Assembly: GCA_045863855.1 (NCBI GenBank)
Contig: BTVV01000159.1
Location: 1-12,985 of the forward strand
Reading direction: 5' to 3'
From: Planctomycetota bacterium
GTDB taxonomy: Bacteria > Planctomycetota > SZUA-567 > H5-PLA8
DNA: 12,985 nucleotides
The notes below the pieces were generated by a model. It did not search any database and had not been told where the DNA came from. It worked only from the letters and a program-made list of their open reading frames with translations. The position numbers and the translations under genes are program-made. Positions 6,531 to 12,985 of the stretch are shown here, piece by piece. Each line of letters starts with the position of its first letter. Within the stretch, counting starts at the first letter, position 1.

Positions 6531-9500
6531 CTACGGCATCTGGGCGAGGCGTTCGACTTCGGCGCGCAAGCGCTGGGCAGCTTCCTTGTACAGCTTCGCG
6601 GCGCTGCCTCCGGATTTTCCTTCCTTTGCGGCCTTTTCGAGCTGTTCCTGGCGGCGGGCGCGGAGGTCGTCGAGGTTGGGCGGCGCGCCGAAGCTGACGC
6701 GAATCTGCGCTCGGCGCGGCAGCGCGCGGCCTTTGGGCAGCGCGTCGTGGGTTCCGCGCACATGCACCGGCACGACGGGGAAATCGAGTTCCAAGGCGAG
6801 CATTCCGATGCCGCTCTTGAAGTTCTGCAGCTTACCGCTCACCGAGCGCGTGCCTTCGGGGAAAATCAGGAGCGGACGTCCGCGTTCGAGCGCCTGGCGG
6901 CAGAGCGCGAGGCCTTCCAGCGTGTTCTCTTCGCGCTCGAAGGGGAGCACATTGAATGCGGAGCTGAAGAACCAGGACTTCAGCCGTGTATCGAAGAAGT
7001 AATCGCGCGCGCCCATCACGTGAAGCTGGCCGGAGTGCGCGCCCAAGGCTTCGCGTACGGCCGCGGTATCCAGATGGCTGGAGTGATTGCAGGCGAGGAT
7101 GAACGCTCTGTCCTTGGGCAGGTGGTCCAGTCCGTAGGCATCGATGGAAAGCCAGGTATTGAAGAGCACCTTGGCGGTGGTGGAGAGCGCGCCGCCGAGC
7201 ACGAAGCGCGAGAGGCTGGGATCGAAAGCCTGCGGCGCGAGGGGCGTATCGCTTCCGCGGCGCCAGATGCGTTCGGCCAGGTGCCTGCCGGTGGCGCCCG
7301 CGCCGCTCTTACGCGCCTGTTCGACGGCTTCGAGCACCTCGCCCACGGTAAGCAGCTTGGCGAGGGCCTCGTCGGGAATCGCGACGTTGAGGCGCAGTTC
7401 CAGCTTGCCCATCAGGTCGACGCGCCCGATGGAATCCACGCCCAAGTCGAGCTGGAGCTTCTTATCCGGCGTCACATCGGCCGGATCGACCTGCGCGACT
7501 TCGGCGATGGCGCGGGCGATCTCCTCGAAGACCTCGCCTCGCCCGCTGACGGCGGCGGGTTTCTTTTTCGCCGGCTTCGCGGCCGCGGCGTAGCGTTCCT
7601 GCAAGACCCGCCGCTGCACTTTCAGCGTCGCGGTCTTGGGCAGTTCTTCGCTCTGGAATTGGACGCGCGCGACTTGCTGGTGGCTGGGCAGTTCGCGGTT
7701 GATTTTCTCGATCTCGGCGCGCAGCGCGTCTTCGTTCGCGCCCGCTTCGGGCACGACGATCAGCGCAACTTCCTCGCCCTGTCCGCTGCGCGCCGGGAGG
7801 CCTACGGCGCAGAGTTCGCGGACCTTCTGGAGCGCGCGGAAGCGTTCCTGAAGTTCGTCGGGGTAGACGTTCTTTCCGGCGGCGGTGACGATGATCTCGC
7901 GCAGGCGTCCGGTCAGGAACAAATAGCCGGTGGCGTCGATGCGGCCCAGGTCGCCGGTGCGGAACCAGCCGTCCTCGAAGGCTTTCTCGGTGGATTCCGG
8001 GTCGCGCCAGTAGCCTTGCATCACGTTGGGGCCGCGGGCGAGGACTTCGCCGATGCCGCGCAGGTCGGGCTCGCGCACTTTCAATTCCACGCCCGGCAAA
8101 ACCAGTCCCACGCTCCCGGCTTTGGGCGCGCCGTGCGGGTTGACGGCCAGGATCGGCGCGGTCTCGGTGAGTCCGTAGCCTTCGGCGACGGGGATGCCGA
8201 AGCGTTTGAAAAAATGGAACAGATCGGGGCTGAGGGCCGCGCCGCCGCTGACGAAGAGCCGAAGCTGTCCGCCGAACGCTTCGTGTACACGGCGGAAGAG
8301 CGTCTTGCGCGCCTGTTCGCCGCCCACGGCTTCGGCCGCCGCGGCGGCTCCGGATAGAAAACTCAGCGCCAGGCTGCCGCTCGCGCCGGCCTGGTTGATC
8401 CGTTCGCGAATGCCGTCGGCAAACATCTGCAGGACGCGCGGCACCGCCAGCACCACGGTGACCTTCGCGCGCTGCATCGTTTCGAGAATCTCCTCGCGGC
8501 GCAGCGTCTCCAGATAGTGCACGGTCGCGCCGCCGAAGAGCGGCGTCAGGAAGCCGCCGGTGAACTCGAACGCGTGATGCAGCGGGAGCAGCCCCAGGAA
8601 ACGGTCGGTCTCCAGGGGCTCCAGCACTTCCGCGACGGCCAGCGCGTTGGCGACGAAGTTCCCGTGCGAGAGCATCACGCCTTTGGGCTGATAGGTGGTC
8701 CCGCTGGTGAACAGGATCGAGGCAAGCGATTCGGGCTTGGGATCTTTGAGCGGTCCCGGCGCGGGCGCGGCTTCCGGATAGGGCCAGCTTCGGCCTTCGT
8801 GGGGCGCGAGGTCGGCGTAGGGGTTCAGGAGCGCCGGAGCGGTTTCGCCGGCCGGGAACGTCTCGCCGGCTTTGGCCAGCAGGGTGGGGGAGATCACCAG
8901 CGCCTTGGCCTCGACGAAGCTGCAGAGCCGCGCGGCCTCGTCGGCGGCGAGTTGGCGGTCCAGCGGCACGGCGGTGGCGCCGGCGCGCGCGATGGCCAGA
9001 TACGCGAGCCCCCATTCGGGACTGTTTTCGGCGTAGATCGCGACGCGGTCGCCGGGTTCGACGCCCACCTTGGCGTGCAGAATCCGGGCCCACTGTCCGG
9101 CGCGCTGATAGAAGTCGGCGAAGGAGACGGTCAGGTCCGCTCCGGCGCGGCGCACGGCCAGGAACGGGCGCGCGCCGAAGCGGTCGGCGCCGCGGGCGGC
9201 TAGTTCGACGATCGTCTGCGGCACGCCGTGGATCGCCGCGCGCGCACGCTGCGCGGCGGCTTCTTCGTCGAGCAGATGGCCTTCGCCGGCGCCCGCGCGC
9301 GGCGGTTCGTCCATGCGCAGGATGTTCCGCTTCAGTCCCGGAATGTGCACATCCTGGAGGTAGTGCCGCCAGCGGATCTTGCGCACGTCGAAGTCGAAGG
9401 TGTCGCGTTCGGCGGGCTCCATCGCCAGCAGGACTTCACGCGTGCGGCGCGTCTCGAAGCGCACGTCGAGGTTCGTGTAGGGGCTGTAGATATCGACGTA

Positions 9501-10880
9501 ATACAGGAGCTGTTCGAATTTTCCGCTGAGCAGGCGCAGCCGGTTGCGCAGGCGCTTGGTTCCCGGGACGGGCACCGGTCCGTCCACGAGGTTGCCCAGC
9601 GCGCGGGTCGGATGCAGCAGGCCGTAGGTGACGCGGCGGCGGTAGCTCTCGACGCTGGGGAACTTCCACGTGGGGACGTTCACCGGCTTTCCGGCGCGGT
9701 CCAGGAACGGATGTTTGCGGAAGTAATCGCGCACGGCCTGGTAGAGGTTATCGAAGACGAGCGGGTTCTCGTCGCCGCTGGCCAGGTGTACGAGTTCGAA
9801 GCCACCGGGTTGCGTGCCGACGCTGGCGGTGGCGGCGAGAATGCCGTTGACGGCCAAGTCGGCGGGGATCAGGTCCAGGACCAAATCGCGCGCGGCGGGG
9901 AAATCGCGCAGGCGGCCTTTGCCGAAGCCGACGATAAGCGGGTCGGCCATGCGCAGTCCATCGAGCCAGCCGGGTTCGGGTTCGCGCAGGCTCGATTCGA
10001 TGATGGATGTGCGGACCACCGCGGTGGGCACTTCGCCGTGGCGCTTGTTGACGAGCTGTTCGCCCAGCCACTTGGTGTAGGTGTAGGTGTCGTTCCAGCC
10101 CAAGCTGCGGGCTCGGAGCATCCCCGCATTGACGAGCGCACGGCGCAGGTGCGCGCGCGCTTCGTCGCTTTCGGGCGCCCAGCCTCGTTTGCGCGCTTCG
10201 GTCTCCGCTCCGGCCAAGGTGATGTTGGCGAGCGTGCGCAGCTTCTCGACTTCCTTCTCGACGTCGAACTTTTCGGGCCGCGGCGTGCCGGGCGGAAGCT
10301 GCGCGTCGATGGCTTCCAGCGGTTCGAGGATCCGTTCGGGCACGCTGCCGGTCCGTTTGCCGCTGACGTAACAGGTGCTGATGTGGCAGTACGCGGCGCC
10401 GGCATCGCGGGCGAAATCGAGGAGGCGCAGCGGGCTGAGCGTGTTGATCTCGAGGGCCAGATCCAGGCGTTCGTCGAAGACGACGGTGGCCGCCGAGCCG
10501 ATCACGACACCGACTTGCTTGGCCAGTTCGGCATAGGCCTCAGGTTCCAGGCCCAGGCGGTCGTGGGTCAGGTCGCCGGGGACACAGATCAGCTTCTCGT
10601 CGCAGAGGGTGTCGAAGGCGTCGCCGCGTTCGGCGCGCAGGCGATGGAAGACGCTGTTACGGAGCAATTCGTCGCGCAGGCGGGTTTTGGGATCGATCAA
10701 CGTGCCGTCGGCGCGTACGCGAGGCCGGATTAAAAGGTAGATCGCGCGGATCTCGGGTAGATCGCGCAGCAGCTTCTCGACGAGGGCCTTGGCCAGAAAG
10801 CCGGTGGATCCGGTGACGAGGATGCCCTTTCCGGCATAGAAGGGGCGGATGGCGTACGGACGGGGGCGGTCGATGGTCAT
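6531..10880 (-). CDS. Multifunctional lipid-synthesis enzyme, ElbD-like: fatty acyl-CoA reductase (FAR/male-sterility SDR), acyl-CoA synthetase-type adenylation domain, phosphopantetheinyl carrier domain and PlsC-type acyltransferase (~1449 aa)
   Basis: FAR: VTGSTGFLAK (NAD(P)H-binding, ~10795-10815), SAATVVFDERL, HISTCYV, catalytic YTYTK (~10071-10085), EPEPGWLDG and DLIPAD. Adenylation: FTSGTTYQPKGVMLSHGN, GYGLTE, FRTGDLG, GKNVYP and LPKTATLK. Carrier: LGVDSIGRVDL (Ser codon 7431-7433). Acyltransferase: NHSSHLD (HxxxxD, ~7068-7088) and IFPEGTRS. Start placed at ATG 10880 (MTIDRP). Confidence 0.93.
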   Translation of the reverse strand: MTIDRPRPYAIRPFYAGKGILVTGSTGFLAKALVEKLLRDLPEIRAIYLLIRPRVRADGTLIDPKTRLRDELLRNSVFHRLRAERGDAFDTLCDEKLICVPGDLTHDRLGLEPEAYAELAKQVGVVIGSAATVVFDERLDLALEINTLSPLRLLDFARDAGAAYCHISTCYVSGKRTGSVPERILEPLEAIDAQLPPGTPRPEKFDVEKEVEKLRTLANITLAGAETEARKRGWAPESDEARAHLRRALVNAGMLRARSLGWNDTYTYTKWLGEQLVNKRHGEVPTAVVRTSIIESSLREPEPGWLDGLRMADPLIVGFGKGRLRDFPAARDLVLDLIPADLAVNGILAATASVGTQPGGFELVHLASGDENPLVFDNLYQAVRDYFRKHPFLDRAGKPVNVPTWKFPSVESYRRRVTYGLLHPTRALGNLVDGPVPVPGTKRLRNRLRLLSGKFEQLLYYVDIYSPYTNLDVRFETRRTREVLLAMEPAERDTFDFDVRKIRWRHYLQDVHIPGLKRNILRMDEPPRAGAGEGHLLDEEAAAQRARAAIHGVPQTIVELAARGADRFGARPFLAVRRAGADLTVSFADFYQRAGQWARILHAKVGVEPGDRVAIYAENSPEWGLAYLAIARAGATAVPLDRQLAADEAARLCSFVEAKALVISPTLLAKAGETFPAGETAPALLNPYADLAPHEGRSWPYPEAAPAPGPLKDPKPESLASILFTSGTTYQPKGVMLSHGNFVANALAVAEVLEPLETDRFLGLLPLHHAFEFTGGFLTPLFGGATVHYLETLRREEILETMQRAKVTVVLAVPRVLQMFADGIRERINQAGASGSLALSFLSGAAAAAEAVGGEQARKTLFRRVHEAFGGQLRLFVSGGAALSPDLFHFFKRFGIPVAEGYGLTETAPILAVNPHGAPKAGSVGLVLPGVELKVREPDLRGIGEVLARGPNVMQGYWRDPESTEKAFEDGWFRTGDLGRIDATGYLFLTGRLREIIVTAAGKNVYPDELQERFRALQKVRELCAVGLPARSGQGEEVALIVVPEAGANEDALRAEIEKINRELPSHQQVARVQFQSEELPKTATLKVQRRVLQERYAAAAKPAKKKPAAVSGRGEVFEEIARAIAEVAQVDPADVTPDKKLQLDLGVDSIGRVDLMGKLELRLNVAIPDEALAKLLTVGEVLEAVEQARKSGAGATGRHLAERIWRRGSDTPLAPQAFDPSLSRFVLGGALSTTAKVLFNTWLSIDAYGLDHLPKDRAFILACNHSSHLDTAAVREALGAHSGQLHVMGARDYFFDTRLKSWFFSSAFNVLPFEREENTLEGLALCRQALERGRPLLIFPEGTRSVSGKLQNFKSGIGMLALELDFPVVPVHVRGTHDALPKGRALPRRAQIRVSFGAPPNLDDLRARRQEQLEKAAKEGKSGGSAAKLYKEAAQRLRAEVERLAQMP

Positions 10881-11023
10881 CAGTAGCGGAAAATAGCGCG
10901 CCGGGGCCGAAATTCTAGCGCTTGCGAATAAGACAATTTTGAAGGCTCTTGGACTGGCAGTGGCAGATTGCACCTTGGAGAATAGCGATTGCGTTTTCCC
11001 ATGCCCGAACTCTTAAGGACTTT

Positions 11024-11030
11024 GAAGGAG
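11024..11030 (+). promoter_or_regulatory. Shine-Dalgarno sequence for the antiporter gene, within an AT-richer divergent promoter region (10881-11043)
   Basis: GAAGGAG lies 13 nt upstream of ATG 11044, which is a long spacing. The in-frame upstream TGA at 11023 excludes earlier ATG/GTG/TTG starts. Confidence 0.5.
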
Positions 11031-11043
11031 TGCCATTGGTCTT

Positions 11044-12985
11044 ATGTCGGAGCATGTCTCATTCCTTCTGCAATTAGGGCTGCTGGTTGCGTTAGCGCGA
11101 CTGTGTGGCGAACTGCTGAATCGCTTTAAGCAACCGCCGGTCTTGGGCGAACTGCTGGCCGGCATGTTGTTGGGTCCAACAGTGCTTGGTGCGGTAGCGC
11201 CGGAGTTTCAGAATATCCTTTTTGGACAAACTGCAGGTACCACCTGGGTCGCGAACCTGGGGCTGGTGCTCCTGATGCTGCTGACGGGATTGGAAACGGA
11301 CGTGCGGACGATGCGCGATTTGGGCCGCGCAGCCCTGACCGTTTCTCTGTTTGGACTGTTGCTTCCGTTCGGGCTGGGCATTTGGCTGGGTTATGGCGTG
11401 GAGTTGTCCGAAGGGGGCAACCGTTTGAACCTATGCCTGTTCCTGGGCGTGGCGATGGCGGTTTCGGCGATGCCGGTGATCGCAAAAATTTTGATCGATC
11501 TGGGATTGATCCGGCGCAATTTCGCCGTCATCACGCTCAGCGCCGCGGTGGTCGACGATACGGTGGGCTGGGTGGCTTTGGCATTGATTTCCGGATTGGT
11601 GACCGCGGGCGCCTTCGATGCCGGGCAACTGGGCCTTACGTTGCTTTATCTCGCGGGATTTCTATTGGCCGCGCGCTATCTGCTTTATCCCCTCTTGCGC
11701 ACCGGGTTGCCGCGCCTTGATCATGTGTGGCACCTTCCGGGCAGCGAGCTGGTGCTTATTTTCTTCGTGACGCTGATCTGCGCGGCCGCCACCGAAGCCA
11801 TGCATGTCCACGCGGTATTCGGAGCCTTCGTCGCCGGCATGGTGCTGCGCCAATGCCCGACCCTGCGAACCGAGAACTTTCATAAGCTCGAACAGATCAC
11901 GCTCTCGATGTTCTCCCCGCTTTTTTTCGGACTGGTGGGACTGGAAGTGAATCTATGGCATCTGAGCGGCGTGGGACTGCTTATGTGGGTCTGCTTCCTG
12001 GCCCTCGCAGGCAAGCTGCTGGGTTGTCTGCTGGGGGGCTTGTTGGGCCGGATGGGATTCTGGGAATCGCTGGCGGTGGGCATGGGCATGAGCGCCCGAG
12101 GTGCGGTGGGCCTGGTGGTCGCCAAGATCGGGAAAGACCTGGGTATCCTGAACGACGAGATGTTCTCGGTGATCGTCGTCATGTCGATCCTGACTTCGTT
12201 CATCGCGCCTTTGGGCTTGAGGGCGATGATGAGCAAGCTGAAGCCCAGCGAAGAAGAGCGCTTGCGTGAGCGCGGGAGCACCGAACGCTTCATGCCCGCG
12301 GGGGCGCTGCGTATCCTGGTCCTGGCCGGTGGCGGCGGCAATGCCGGATTAGGTTGTCACTTGGCTGCGCGCATGTGCGGGAGCGAGGGCGATCGTGCCA
12401 CGGTCTTGCGGGTGCAGACCGGTTCGCCTTCTGGGTGGGATCGCCTGTTCTTCTGGCGACCTCGAAAGGCCACTGTAGATGAAAACCGGTACAAGGACGA
12501 ATTGCGGCGAGCCGCGGGCGCCCACGCCAAACGCCTCGACTTCCAAAACCGCTCCTTGCAGGGCACCTTGATCGATACGATCCTTGAGGAAGCCAGCCGC
12601 GGATACCAGTTCATCGTCGTCGGCGCGTCGGGACACCGGCACCCGATGTACGACCCGTTCCTGACCGAATTGATTCGCCGATCGACCTGCCACGTACTGG
12701 TGGTGCGCACCGGACTTGGTGGAACCCCGACCGAGGCTGGATTCGGCCGGCTGCTGGTTCCGACCAATGGAAGCTACTTTGGCGACGCGGCATTCGAATG
12801 CGCGGCACGCTATGCACGGGCGGAACGCACACGGATCAGCCTGCTGTTCGTCACCGAAAGCAGTGCACGCCATCCGCTCCTGCCTTCCACCGAAGGCGAC
12901 GGACCTTCCGAGCACGGCAGGGACATGATGCGCGTCACGCTCCAGCAGCAGTATGCCGAACGGATCGGCGAGCAGGTCGTTCTCG
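11044..12985 (+). CDS. CPA2-family cation:proton antiporter (NapA/KefB-like) with C-terminal universal stress protein (USP)-like domains; continues beyond the right edge
   Basis: Manual translation is open from 11044 to the window end: MSEHVSFLLQLGLLVALARLCGELLNRFKQPPVLGELLAGMLLGPTVLG...LLMLLTGLETD...AMAVSAMPVIAKILIDLG...AAVVDDTVGWV...HAVFGAFVAGMV...PLFFGLVGL...AGKLLG...GMSARG. After ~12240 the sequence is soluble: LRILVLAGGGGNA...ILEEASRGYQFIVVGA...STCHVLVVR, then RLLVPTNGSYFGDAAFECAARYA...ISLLFV (two USP-like units). Confidence 0.92.
   Translation, partial: MSEHVSFLLQLGLLVALARLCGELLNRFKQPPVLGELLAGMLLGPTVLGAVAPEFQNILFGQTAGTTWVANLGLVLLMLLTGLETDVRTMRDLGRAALTVSLFGLLLPFGLGIWLGYGVELSEGGNRLNLCLFLGVAMAVSAMPVIAKILIDLGLIRRNFAVITLSAAVVDDTVGWVALALISGLVTAGAFDAGQLGLTLLYLAGFLLAARYLLYPLLRTGLPRLDHVWHLPGSELVLIFFVTLICAAATEAMHVHAVFGAFVAGMVLRQCPTLRTENFHKLEQITLSMFSPLFFGLVGLEVNLWHLSGVGLLMWVCFLALAGKLLGCLLGGLLGRMGFWESLAVGMGMSARGAVGLVVAKIGKDLGILNDEMFSVIVVMSILTSFIAPLGLRAMMSKLKPSEEERLRERGSTERFMPAGALRILVLAGGGGNAGLGCHLAARMCGSEGDRATVLRVQTGSPSGWDRLFFWRPRKATVDENRYKDELRRAAGAHAKRLDFQNRSLQGTLIDTILEEASRGYQFIVVGASGHRHPMYDPFLTELIRRSTCHVLVVRTGLGGTPTEAGFGRLLVPTNGSYFGDAAFECAARYARAERTRISLLFVTESSARHPLLPSTEGDGPSEHGRDMMRVTLQQQYAERIGEQVVL

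Noticed and set aside
6747..10733. Long plus-strand ORFs (536, 228 and 501 aa) and the 543-aa off-frame minus ORF overlapping the ElbD-like gene
   Set aside because: These are shadow ORFs caused by high GC3 and few stop codons. They have no recognisable motifs, while the main frame has four coherent domains.
6531..10880. Calling the large gene an NRPS or a carboxylic acid reductase (CAR)
   Set aside because: There is no condensation domain. The reductase is N-terminal and FAR-type, not the C-terminal R of the A-T-R CAR order. The adenylation domain is long-chain acyl-CoA ligase-like and is followed by a PlsC domain.
10912..10943. Sigma70-like promoter for the ElbD-like gene (TAGAAT on the minus strand at 10917-10912)
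   Set aside because: The candidate -35 hexamers lie 13 or 20 bp away, not about 17, so there is not enough support to list it as a feature.
11126..12928. Short ORFs in the track over the right end of the window
   Set aside because: All overlap the uninterrupted antiporter frame starting at 11044, which the track omitted because it has no stop codon in the window.

Overview
GC-rich bacterial chromosomal window with nine supportable genes. From left to right: (1) the 5' part of an FdhF/YdeP-family molybdopterin oxidoreductase (-, runs off the left edge, missing from the ORF track); (2) a secreted low-complexity protein with a GKPDDK hexapeptide repeat (+); (3) a small lipoprotein, probably co-transcribed with (2) (+); (4) a 13-repeat Sel1-like protein (-); (5) guaA (+); (6) a RelE/ParE-family toxin gene with no visible antitoxin (-); (7) a DUF4254 protein (+); (8) a ~1450-aa four-domain enzyme (fatty acyl reductase, adenylation domain, carrier protein, PlsC acyltransferase) with the architecture of the myxobacterial ether-lipid synthase ElbD, but with no elb cluster partners next to it (-); (9) a CPA2 cation/H+ antiporter with C-terminal USP-like domains (+, runs off the right edge, missing from the ORF track). 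No rRNA, tRNA, CRISPR array, integrase or transposase was seen. The best leads are the stand-alone ElbD-like enzyme, the uncharacterised repeat protein/lipoprotein pair, the orphan toxin at the guaA 3' end and a possibly structured guaA leader. All family calls come from motif recognition by eye; no database search was run.
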